From an uncultured Gammaproteobacteria bacterium (lineage in GTDB: Bacteria > Pseudomonadota > Gammaproteobacteria > Pseudomonadales > Azotimanducaceae), in contig CAWADH010000003.1 in the NCBI GenBank assembly GCA_963780795.1, positions 110,818-174,817 of the forward strand: a stretch of 64,000 bases of DNA, read 5' to 3'. A model generated the notes under the pieces. That model had not been told where the DNA came from. It searched no databases and saw nothing but the letters and a program-made list of their open reading frames with translations. The position numbers and the translations under genes were made by a program. Below are positions 18,466 through 27,100 of this stretch, piece after piece (positions within the stretch are counted from its first letter, which is position 1; each line of letters starts with the position of its first letter).

Positions 18466-20249
18466 GAGGCGTATGACCCCAGCTGCGGCAGGTGGAGAAC
18501 GGACTTCTGCATGTCCCATGCATTCGTGGGGCAGCGCTCGGCGCACAAACCGCAGTGCAAGCAAAGATCTTCGTCCTTCACCATCACGCGGCCGGTTCTG
18601 AGTTCGGCGGAAACGTATAGATCCTGCTCTTTGTTCAGCGCGGGTGCGGTGAGATTCAGACGCAGATCGGATTCGTCTTCGTTCGGTGTGAACGTGATGC
18701 AGTCCATCGGACAGATGTCGACGCACGCGTCGCACTCGATGCAGAGGTTGTCGGTGAACACCGTCTGCACGTCGCAGTTCAGGCAGCGTTGCGTTTCCTG
18801 CGCGGCGAGCTTGCGATCGAAGCCGAGTTCGACTTCCATCTTGATGTTCTTCAGCGATTTGCGCGGATCGACGTGCGGCACGAGGTGGCGCTTCGACGCG
18901 TCGTGCTCGCTGTCGTAGCTCCACTCGTGCATGCCCATCTTCTGGCTGACGAGGTTGACACCTTCCGGCGGACGATCTTTCTTCAGATCCAGCCCCTGAC
19001 AGAACAGGTGAATCGATATCGCCGCTTTGTGCGCGTGTGCGGATGCCCAGATGATGTTCTCGGGGCCGAACGCCGCGTCGCCGCCAAAGAACACTTTCGG
19101 AAGCGTCGACTGCAGCGTATCGCGGTCGAGCACCGGACACTCCCAGCGATCGAACTCGATGCCGATGTCGCGCTCGATCCACGGACAGTGATTTTCCTGA
19201 CCGATCGCCATCAACACGTGATCGGCTTCCATGAAGATGTCCGGCTCACCGGTGGGCACGGTTTTCTGTTTACCCGACTCGTCGGTGATCTGTTTGACGC
19301 GCTGGAAAATCACGCCTTTCAGCTTGCCGTTCTCGTGCACGAACTCGACCGGCGGGCGATTGTTGACGATCGGAATGCCTTCCGACATCGCGTCTTCCTT
19401 TTCCCACTCCGACGCCTTCATCACGTCAAAGCCGGAACGCACCACTACCGTCACCTGATCGGCCCCGAGCCGGCGCGCGGTGCGGCAACAGTCCATGGCG
19501 GTGTTGCCGCCGCCCATCACGATGACTTTGCCCTTGATCGACGTGGTGTGGCCGAACGCGACGCTGCCGAGCCACTCGATGCCGATCGATATGTGAGCGG
19601 CGCTTTCTTTGCGCCCTTTCAGATCCGGCAGATCGCGTCCGCGCGGCGCGCCGGTACCGACGAAGTACGCGTCGTAACCTTCGTCGAGAATCGCTTTCAT
19701 GCTGCTGACGTCATAGCCGAAGTGGCACTCGACGCCCATGTTGAGAATCAGATCGACTTCTTCCTCGAGCACTTCCATCGGCAGACGGAACGCCGGGATC
19801 TGCGTGCGCATCATGCCGCCGCCGCCCGGATCCTTCTCGAACATGTGCACTTCGTAACCGAGCGGCAGCAGATCGCGCGCGACGGCGAGCGAAGCGGGAC
19901 CAGCGCCGAGCAACGCAATGCGCTTGCCGTTCTTCTTCTTCGGCACGCGCGGCATGTACGCCGTTATGTCACCTTTGTTGTCCGCGGCGACGCGCTTCAG
20001 TCGGCAGATCGCCACCGGCTTCTCTTCGGTGCGCACGCGTCGACAGGCAGGCTCGCACGGCCGGTCGCACGTGCGCCCGAGGATTCCGGGGAACACGTTG
20101 GAATCCCAGTTGAGCATGTACGCTTCGGTGTACTTCTCCTGAGCAATCAGGCGGATGTACTCCGGCACCGGCGTGTGCGCCGGACATGCCCATTGGCAAT
20201 CGACCACTTTATGGAAGTAGGAGGGCTCGAAAATATTGGTGGGTTTCAT
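18462..20249 (-). CDS. GltD-like NAD(P)H flavoprotein fused to a C-terminal 2x[4Fe-4S] ferredoxin domain (KorC-like)
   Basis: 595-aa ORF. It has an N-terminal Cys cluster (CQWACPAHTP..CDRPCEPACRR), two GxGxxG folds (LLGAGPASLA, VMGGGNTAMD) and C-terminal CIECDACVDICP and CLHCGLCAERCP motifs. Confidence 0.8.
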   Translation of the reverse strand: MKPTNIFEPSYFHKVVDCQWACPAHTPVPEYIRLIAQEKYTEAYMLNWDSNVFPGILGRTCDRPCEPACRRVRTEEKPVAICRLKRVAADNKGDITAYMPRVPKKKNGKRIALLGAGPASLAVARDLLPLGYEVHMFEKDPGGGGMMRTQIPAFRLPMEVLEEEVDLILNMGVECHFGYDVSSMKAILDEGYDAYFVGTGAPRGRDLPDLKGRKESAAHISIGIEWLGSVAFGHTTSIKGKVIVMGGGNTAMDCCRTARRLGADQVTVVVRSGFDVMKASEWEKEDAMSEGIPIVNNRPPVEFVHENGKLKGVIFQRVKQITDESGKQKTVPTGEPDIFMEADHVLMAIGQENHCPWIERDIGIEFDRWECPVLDRDTLQSTLPKVFFGGDAAFGPENIIWASAHAHKAAISIHLFCQGLDLKKDRPPEGVNLVSQKMGMHEWSYDSEHDASKRHLVPHVDPRKSLKNIKMEVELGFDRKLAAQETQRCLNCDVQTVFTDNLCIECDACVDICPMDCITFTPNEDESDLRLNLTAPALNKEQDLYVSAELRTGRVMVKDEDLCLHCGLCAERCPTNAWDMQKSVLHLPQLGSYAS

Positions 20250-20406
20250 AACGCCCTATAAAGGATGCACTGCCTCGAATCGGGGCGACGCACTCTAACG
20301 CGTCTGAATTAATGGATCTACAGGCGACGCGACTCAAACCCTCAAAACGCCCGCGCGCAATGGGCCATGAAGTAGAATACCGCGCCCTTCAGAGCGCGAG
20401 CGCCGC

Positions 20407-23400
20407 ATGGCAAATCCCGAAGCACCTCCGTTGCCCGAGCGATCCGGCGATCGCATCGGTTGGAGCGGCCTGGTCGACGGGGCGGCCAGTCTCGCCATCG
20501 CGAGAGCGGCGCAGCATCACGACGGTCTCATGCTGGCCGTGGCAGCCAATCCGGCAGCGGCGTATCGGTTGTGTCGCGAGCTCGAGTTCTTCTCGAGCAG
20601 CACGCTCGACGTGGTCACGTTGCCCGACTGGGAGACGCTCGCCTACGACGCCTTCTCCCCGCACCAGGACATCGTGTCGGACCGGCTGCGCACGCTGCAC
20701 CGGTTGCCGACGCTCCGCCGCGGCGTGCTGGTGGTGCCGATCCGCACGCTGCTGCAGCGGCTACCGCCGCCGTCGTTCCTCGCCGCGCACAGTCTGGTGC
20801 TGTCGGTCGGTGCCCGGTTCGACGCGCACGGCTATCGCCGTCACCTCGAACAGGCGGGCTATCGGTACGTAGAGACGGTGTCTGAACGCGGCGAATTCGC
20901 GGTACGCGGCTCGCTGGTGGATGTGTATCCGATGGGATCGCCCTGCCCCTACCGGATCGACCTGTTCGACGACGAGGTGGCGAGCCTGCGCACCTTCGAC
21001 CCCGACAGCCAGCGCACCGTCGAGCAGATCGATTCGGTCGAGATTCTGCCGGCGAAGGAGTTTCCGCTGACGCCCGATGCGATCGCGCGGTTCCGCAATC
21101 GCTGGCACGAACTGTTCGACGTGGACGTGCGTCGCTGTCCGATCTATCAGGACGTCAGTCAGGGTATGGCTCCATCCGGCATCGAGTACTACCTGCCGAT
21201 GTTCCATGACTCACTTGCGACGGTGTTCGACTATCTGCCGGCGAATTGCGTAGCAGTCGTGCCGAACGCGCTCGATGGCGCGATTACTTCGTTCCAGCTC
21301 GATCTGCGCACGCGCTACGAGAGCCTGCGCCACGACATCGAACGGCCGATTCTTCCGCCCGACGCGATCTATCTGCGCACCGACGAACTGTTTCACTCGC
21401 TCGGCGCGCTGCGTCAGGTCGTGCTCGACGGGAAACACCACAGCGTCGAGTTCACCACGCGCGAATTGCCCGACGTGTCGGTCAATCATCGCGCGCATCA
21501 CCCTGGCGACCGGCTCGCGGCATTCGTGAAAGCGTCGCCTGTGCCAGTGCTGTTCTGTGCCGAGTCGGCCGGTCGTCGCGAAGTGTTCGGAGAATTTCTC
21601 GGCCGCGCAGGCGTGCATCCCGCCGACGTGACCGACTTCGCGGCGTTCCGCGGCGGCCGCGTTCCGTTGGGGCTCGCGATTGCGCCAATCGAGTGCGCGG
21701 CATACACGGATGAATTCGCGCTCATCACCGAGACGCAGGTGTTCGGTGCGCGCGCCGACGTCGAAGTACGTCGCGACGCGCGTTCGGTGGATCCGGACCA
21801 GATCATCCGCAACCTCACCGAACTGCACATCGGCGCAGCGGTCGTGCATATCGAACATGGCGTGGGTCGCTATCTCGGCTTGCGCACGCTCGAGATCGAC
21901 GGCGCGGTCTCCGAATTCCTCACGATCGAATACGCCGACGAAGCGAAACTCTACGTTCCGGTCACCGCGCTGCATCTGATCTCCCGTTACGGCGGTGCCG
22001 ACGAGGCGCACGCGCCGCTGCACCGCCTCGGATCGGATCAATGGGACAAGGCCAAGCGACGCGCAGCCGAAAAGATCCACGACGTGGCCGCGGAGTTGCT
22101 GAACATCTATGCGCACCGCGAGGCTCGAGTCGGCACCGCGCTCGCCAAGCCCGACGAGGAATATCAGCGTTTCGCCGACCAGTTTCCGTTCGACGTCACG
22201 TCAGACCAGCGTCGCGCCATCGAGGAAGTCATCTCCGATCTGACGAGTCCCAAGTCGATGGATCGACTGATCTGCGGCGATGTCGGATTCGGCAAGACAG
22301 AGGTGGCGATGCGCGCCGCGTTCATCGCCGTACATAACCGCAAGCAGGTGGCGATCCTGGTGCCGACCACGTTGCTCGCACAACAGCATCACGAGAGTTT
22401 CAGAGACCGGTTCGCGGATTGGCCCGTGGCGATCGAAGCGGTTTCGCGGTTGCGTACCGAGAGCGAAGTCGAAGCAGTGCGCCAACGGCTACGCGCAGGC
22501 GCGATCGACATCGTCATCGGCACGCACAAACTGCTCAACACTGCCTTCTCGTTCAAAGAGCTCGGCCTCGTCATCATCGACGAAGAGCACCGCTTCGGCG
22601 TACGCCAGAAGGAACGGCTGCGCACATTGCGGGCCGAGGTCGACGTGCTCACGCTCACCGCTACGCCGATTCCGCGGACGCTGAATCTCGCGATGGGCGG
22701 AATCCGCGACCTGTCGATCATCGCGACGCCGCCGGCGCGACGTTTGTCTGTGAAAACCTTCGTCGTGCAGCGGCGCAAACACCTGATCCGGGAAGCGATC
22801 ACGCGCGAACTTGCGCGCGGCGGCCAGGTTTTTTATCTGCACAACGAGGTTCGCACCATCGAGCAGACCGCTCTCGAGATCGGCGAACTGGTGCCGGAAG
22901 CGCGCATCGGGGTGGGCCACGGGCAGATGCCGAAGCGCCGGCTCGAAATGGTGATGGGCGACTTCTATCACCGACGCAGCAACGTGCTGGTGTGCACCAC
23001 CATCATCGAAACCGGCATCGACATTCCGAACGCCAACACCATGATCATGGAACGCGCCGACAAGTTCGGGCTGGCGCAGCTGCATCAACTGCGCGGCCGC
23101 GTCGGCCGCTCACACCGTCAGGCGTATGCATACCTGCTGATTCCGCACCCCAAAGCGCTGACCGAAGACGCGCGCAAACGCCTCGAAGCGATCGAGGCGG
23201 CCGGCGAACTGGGCGTGGGTTTCACGCTCGCCACTCACGATCTGGAGATTCGCGGCGCAGGCGAACTGTTGGGCGAGGAGCAGTCGGGGCAGATCGAGTC
23301 GATCGGCTTCTCGCTATACATGGACATGCTCGACCGCGCCGTGCGCGCAATCCGCGCGGGCAAAACGCCGGACCTCGACGCCGACCTCACGCCGCACCAA

Positions 23401-23859
23401 GAGGTCAATCTGCGCGTGCCGGCGCTGATTCCCGAGGACTACCTGCCCGACGTCCATTCACGTCTCATCCTGTACAAGCGCATCAGCAGCGCGGAGAACC
23501 GCGACGCGCTCGACGAGTTGCGCGCCGAGATCATCGACCGCTTCGGCGCGTTGCCGGTCGCAACGAAGACGCTGTTTCGAATCACCGAACTGCGCTTGAC
23601 CGCAGCGGCGCTCGGTATCGCGCGAATCGACTTCGGTCCCTCGGGCGGCCGGATCGAATTCGCGGCCGATACGCGCGTCGATCCGTTCGCGCTGGTGCGT
23701 CTGGTGCAACGCGAACCCAACAGCTATCGGCTCGAAGACGGAACGCGCCTGCGCGTCACCGCGAAGCTCGAAGACATCGACGCGCGTTTCGAGCGCGTCA
23801 CCAATCTGCTCGAGCGCCTCGAATCAACGGAGAAAACCCGGATGGCGGCATCGGCATGA
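20407..23859 (+). CDS. mfd: transcription-repair coupling factor
   Basis: 1150-aa ORF with helicase Walker A GDVGFGKTEVA, the DEEH box IIDEEHRFG, and QLHQLRGRVGRS. Length and layout are typical of Mfd. Confidence 0.95.
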   Translation: MANPEAPPLPERSGDRIGWSGLVDGAASLAIARAAQHHDGLMLAVAANPAAAYRLCRELEFFSSSTLDVVTLPDWETLAYDAFSPHQDIVSDRLRTLHRLPTLRRGVLVVPIRTLLQRLPPPSFLAAHSLVLSVGARFDAHGYRRHLEQAGYRYVETVSERGEFAVRGSLVDVYPMGSPCPYRIDLFDDEVASLRTFDPDSQRTVEQIDSVEILPAKEFPLTPDAIARFRNRWHELFDVDVRRCPIYQDVSQGMAPSGIEYYLPMFHDSLATVFDYLPANCVAVVPNALDGAITSFQLDLRTRYESLRHDIERPILPPDAIYLRTDELFHSLGALRQVVLDGKHHSVEFTTRELPDVSVNHRAHHPGDRLAAFVKASPVPVLFCAESAGRREVFGEFLGRAGVHPADVTDFAAFRGGRVPLGLAIAPIECAAYTDEFALITETQVFGARADVEVRRDARSVDPDQIIRNLTELHIGAAVVHIEHGVGRYLGLRTLEIDGAVSEFLTIEYADEAKLYVPVTALHLISRYGGADEAHAPLHRLGSDQWDKAKRRAAEKIHDVAAELLNIYAHREARVGTALAKPDEEYQRFADQFPFDVTSDQRRAIEEVISDLTSPKSMDRLICGDVGFGKTEVAMRAAFIAVHNRKQVAILVPTTLLAQQHHESFRDRFADWPVAIEAVSRLRTESEVEAVRQRLRAGAIDIVIGTHKLLNTAFSFKELGLVIIDEEHRFGVRQKERLRTLRAEVDVLTLTATPIPRTLNLAMGGIRDLSIIATPPARRLSVKTFVVQRRKHLIREAITRELARGGQVFYLHNEVRTIEQTALEIGELVPEARIGVGHGQMPKRRLEMVMGDFYHRRSNVLVCTTIIETGIDIPNANTMIMERADKFGLAQLHQLRGRVGRSHRQAYAYLLIPHPKALTEDARKRLEAIEAAGELGVGFTLATHDLEIRGAGELLGEEQSGQIESIGFSLYMDMLDRAVRAIRAGKTPDLDADLTPHQEVNLRVPALIPEDYLPDVHSRLILYKRISSAENRDALDELRAEIIDRFGALPVATKTLFRITELRLTAAALGIARIDFGPSGGRIEFAADTRVDPFALVRLVQREPNSYRLEDGTRLRVTAKLEDIDARFERVTNLLERLESTEKTRMAASA

Positions 23860-24737
23860 GCTCGCTCCACAAGTTTGTATGCGCGATCGCGGTGATGCTG
23901 AGTGCGGGTGCGCAGGGCGCGGATGTTCCGATACTGCCGAACGACGCGTGGTATCGGGTCGAGGTGATCATCTTCGAACGGATCGCCGACGTAGATCCGG
24001 CGAGTACGCAGGAGGTCGTGATCTCGCGCGCGCCGCGGACGTATCCATTCGACGTGCTCGCATTCGACGACGAATCGAATCGCAGCGCGGCGTATCAGCT
24101 CGATGCCGAAACGCGCGCACAACCGGCGTTGCCATCGTTTGCGTCCTCGGCCGCTAACAGACCCGTTCAGGCGCAAGCGCCGGTGCAGTCGCCTTCCGCA
24201 ACGCCGACCGCCGCCGAGCGTGCCGCCAAGCTCGTGGCCGACTATCAGTCGCAGCTGCAGGGCCGCAGCTACAAGTTCGAGCCATCGAGCACGTTCCTGC
24301 TGGCGTCGGAAGACGGTCGCCTGCAGCGCAGCAACGTCTATCGTGTAGTGTTCCATCGCGCGTGGATCCAGCCGGTGCCCGATCGCGATCAGCTGCGACC
24401 GATGCTGATTCAGATCCGTGAACGGCCTGACGCCGCGCCGCGCATCGAAGGATTTCTCGGGATTACCCGCGGCCGCTATCTGCACCTCGACACGCGGCTC
24501 TGGTATGCGGTCGACACGGCTTCGACGGCCGCGACCGATCCGGCAACCGCAGCAGGACCTGCCTACATGGAGTTGCGCGAACAGCGCCGGATGCGCAGCG
24601 GCGAGCTGCATTACCTCGATCACCCGAAGTTCGGCATTCTCGCTCGCGTCGATCCGATTCAACCGCCTGACGCATTGGTTGCGGAACTCGCGCGTCTTGG
24701 CGCGCCACAGCCGCCGCCCGCCGCGCCCGCCCAGTAA
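23856..24737 (+). CDS. csiV: CsiV-like (DUF2803) periplasmic protein
   Basis: The ATG at 23856 overlaps the mfd stop (ATGA). A signal peptide is present (MSSLHKFVCAIAVMLSAGAQGADV). WYRVEVIIFER and the C-terminal HYLDHPKFGILARV are as in CsiV-family proteins, which I remember lying just downstream of mfd. Confidence 0.55.
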   Translation: MSSLHKFVCAIAVMLSAGAQGADVPILPNDAWYRVEVIIFERIADVDPASTQEVVISRAPRTYPFDVLAFDDESNRSAAYQLDAETRAQPALPSFASSAANRPVQAQAPVQSPSATPTAAERAAKLVADYQSQLQGRSYKFEPSSTFLLASEDGRLQRSNVYRVVFHRAWIQPVPDRDQLRPMLIQIRERPDAAPRIEGFLGITRGRYLHLDTRLWYAVDTASTAATDPATAAGPAYMELREQRRMRSGELHYLDHPKFGILARVDPIQPPDALVAELARLGAPQPPPAAPAQ

Positions 24738-24739
24738 CG

Positions 24740-25483
24740 CTACGAGAGTTCGATGAAGCGAGCGATCAGCCGCTCGACCCGGTGCATGCCCTTCTCGGCC
24801 ACCTGAACGATCTCGGTTTCGCTGATCGGACCTTCGCCTCGCCCCGCGGCACGATTTACCGACAGACACACCGTCGCATACGGCAGCGCGAGTTCGCGCG
24901 CGAGCCCGGCTTCAGGCATGCCGGTCATGCCGACCACGTCGCAACCGTCGCGCGCCATGCGATCGATCTCCGCCGCGCTTTCGAGCCGCGGACCCTGCGT
25001 GCATCCGTACACGCCGGCGTTGAACACCGAGCAGTCCAGTTCGAGTTCGAGCGCCGTCGCGCGCAACCGGTCGCGCAATGCCGCATCGTACGGCGTGCTG
25101 AAGTCGACGTGCTGCAGCGGCAAGGTATCGGTATAGGTGTGCGCGCGTCCCCACGTGTAGTCGATGATCTGGTGCGGCAGCATCAGATCGCCCGGCGCCA
25201 TGGCGTTTGCGATCGAACCGACCGCGTTCGTCGCCACCACCGCGGAGGCGCCGAGTTCGCGCAACAGCCATACGTTGGCGCGGTAGTTGATCAGGTGCGG
25301 TGCGATCCGGTGCGGCTGACCGTGGCGTGCGAGGAAGATCACCATTCTGCCGTCGATCTCGCCGATCTGCGGCACCGCGGATGCCGGACCGAACGGCGTG
25401 TCGACGCGATCCGCCGAACGCACTGCCGTAGCGAGCCTGTTGAGCCCGGTGCCGCCGATGATGCCGATGACTTCGCCGGTCAT
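24740..25483 (-). CDS. MTAP-family purine nucleoside phosphorylase (S-methyl-5'-thioadenosine/-thioinosine phosphorylase)
   Basis: ORF 24740-25996 trimmed to MTGEVIGIIGGTGL (ATG at 25483 overlapping the hpt stop as ATGA). FLARHGQPHRIAPHLINYRANVW and DVVGMTGMPEA are MTAP-family blocks. Confidence 0.85.
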   Translation of the reverse strand: MTGEVIGIIGGTGLNRLATAVRSADRVDTPFGPASAVPQIGEIDGRMVIFLARHGQPHRIAPHLINYRANVWLLRELGASAVVATNAVGSIANAMAPGDLMLPHQIIDYTWGRAHTYTDTLPLQHVDFSTPYDAALRDRLRATALELELDCSVFNAGVYGCTQGPRLESAAEIDRMARDGCDVVGMTGMPEAGLARELALPYATVCLSVNRAAGRGEGPISETEIVQVAEKGMHRVERLIARFIELS

Positions 25484-26055
25484 GACGCCGACCATCCTGC
25501 CGGCAGCGCGTAAACGCCGGCGAGGTTGCGCCAATGGCCGCGATAGTCCATGCCGTGTCCGAACAGAAACCGGTCGGGACACACGAGCGCAGCGTCGTCG
25601 ACGCGCACCGGTCGCGGTCGGCCGATCTGCTTGTCGACCAGCACCGCGGTCACCACGTTTGCGGCGCCCGACTCGCGCAAGCGCGCATCGACTGCGGCCA
25701 GTGTGTGACCTTCGTCGAGCACGTCGTCTACGAGCAGCACGGTTCGCCCCGCTACATCCGCGGCCGGCGCGGCGCGCCATTCCAGCACGGCGCCCTGGGT
25801 CGCATCGCGATAGCGGGTTGCGTGAACGTAAGACACCTCGAGCGGGAAATGCAGCCGCAACAGCAACTCGGCCGTGAGGATCATGCCGCCGTTCATCACG
25901 CACATCACGATCGGGTGTGCGTCGTGCAGGCGAAGCGTCAGTCGCACCGCGAGTTGGTCGACCGCACGCTCCACCGCGACCTCGTCGAACAGACATTCCG
26001 CCGCGGCGCGCGCCGCGATGATGTCGGACGGGACGCTAGAGCGGAGCTTGGACAT
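25480..26055 (-). CDS. hpt: hypoxanthine-guanine phosphoribosyltransferase
   Basis: 191-aa ORF with the PRPP-binding loop VLLVDDVLDEGHTLAAV and the type I PRTase layout. Confidence 0.8.
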   Translation of the reverse strand: MSKLRSSVPSDIIAARAAAECLFDEVAVERAVDQLAVRLTLRLHDAHPIVMCVMNGGMILTAELLLRLHFPLEVSYVHATRYRDATQGAVLEWRAAPAADVAGRTVLLVDDVLDEGHTLAAVDARLRESGAANVVTAVLVDKQIGRPRPVRVDDAALVCPDRFLFGHGMDYRGHWRNLAGVYALPAGWSAS

Positions 26056-26187
26056 TACGATCAGTGCGGCATCGGTAAAGCAGCGAGGCAGCGATACTAA
26101 ACCAGGTCACCAATGTTTCCGAATGGTTAACGGCCGAAGCTGAGAGTCCGTCTGAAATGAAGATTCGCTGGTCATCCGCGAAATCCG

Positions 26188-26203
26188 CTGTATATAATGC
26201 CAG
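26188..26203 (+). promoter_or_regulatory. LexA (SOS) box 1 upstream of lexA
   Basis: CTGTATATAATGCCAG fits the gammaproteobacterial CTG-N10-CAG consensus and embeds a TATAAT hexamer (26193-26198). Confidence 0.85.
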
Positions 26204-26207
26204 GTCA

Positions 26208-26223
26208 CTGTATATACACACAG
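26208..26223 (+). promoter_or_regulatory. LexA (SOS) box 2 upstream of lexA
   Basis: CTGTATATACACACAG (CTG-N10-CAG) lies 4 nt after box 1 and 7 nt before the lexA ATG. Confidence 0.85.
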
Positions 26224-26230
26224 GTAACGC

Positions 26231-26830
26231 ATGCAGGACCTGACCGCTCGCCAATCGCAAGTGCTCGACCTGATCCGCCGCCACATCCTCGACACCGGCT
26301 ATCCGCCCACCCGCGCCGACATCGCCACCGAACTCGGCTTCAAGTCGCCGAACGCGGCCGAAGAACACCTGAAGGCGCTTGCGCGCAAAGGCGCCATCGA
26401 GATGATTCCGGGCACGTCACGCGGCATCCGTCTGCCGGAGCCGGTCGGATTACCGATCGTCGGGCGGGTTGCCGCGGGCAGTCCGATTCTCGCGCAGGAG
26501 CACATCGACGACGTCTGCGATCTGCCGGGTAGCTTCTTCCGCCCGCGCGCCGATTACCTGCTGAAGGTTCACGGCGACAGCATGATCAACGCCGGCATTC
26601 TCGACGGCGACCTGCTCGCGGTTCACAAAGCCGACGACGCTCGCGACGGTGAGATCATCGTTGCGCGCATCGACGACGAAGTGACGGTGAAGCGTTTGCG
26701 CCGACCGCGCGGTCGCGGCCGGCTGACGTTGTTAGCAGAGAACGATGCCTACCCGCCGATCGAGGTCGATCTCGAGCGGCACACGTTTGCAATCGAGGGA
26801 TTGAGCGTCGGCGTGATCCGGCGCCACTGA
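26231..26830 (+). CDS. lexA: LexA repressor
   Basis: 199-aa [22 protein letters not shown]...[10 protein letters not shown] is the wHTH, VAAGSP the cleavage region, and [10 protein letters not shown] and VTVKRL carry the Ser/Lys dyad. Confidence 0.95.
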   Translation: MQDLTARQSQVLDLIRRHILDTGYPPTRADIATELGFKSPNAAEEHLKALARKGAIEMIPGTSRGIRLPEPVGLPIVGRVAAGSPILAQEHIDDVCDLPGSFFRPRADYLLKVHGDSMINAGILDGDLLAVHKADDARDGEIIVARIDDEVTVKRLRRPRGRGRLTLLAENDAYPPIEVDLERHTFAIEGLSVGVIRRH

Positions 26831-26834
26831 GGGT

Positions 26835-27086
26835 TCAGTGAACGATGTCGGGGGTCGCGGCCGACGGGTCATTGGCTTCGACGGCTTCCGACATCTGCGA
26901 CGCGGCAGCTTCGATCATCAGCTTCGCCACCTGCATCGCATCGGCGCCGAGCATCGTACGAACCTCGCGCGAAAACTGAATCCGCAGTAACGGTTCGGCG
27001 CCGTGGTCCGGATCGCGCAGCACGATGTCGCCGTTAGACAACTGCACGATCTCGAGCATCGCAAAAGCATCCGACTGTTCGTCCAT
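26835..27086 (-). CDS. small conserved-looking hypothetical protein downstream of topA
   Basis: This is the tail of ORF 26835-27656. The ATG at 27086 lies 14 nt after the topA stop. The product is an 83-aa acidic protein (MDEQSDAFAMLEIVQLSNGDIVLRDPDHG...). I recognise no family. Confidence 0.5.
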   Translation of the reverse strand: MDEQSDAFAMLEIVQLSNGDIVLRDPDHGAEPLLRIQFSREVRTMLGADAMQVAKLMIEAAASQMSEAVEANDPSAATPDIVH

Positions 27087-27100
27087 CGCCGCTCCGATGA

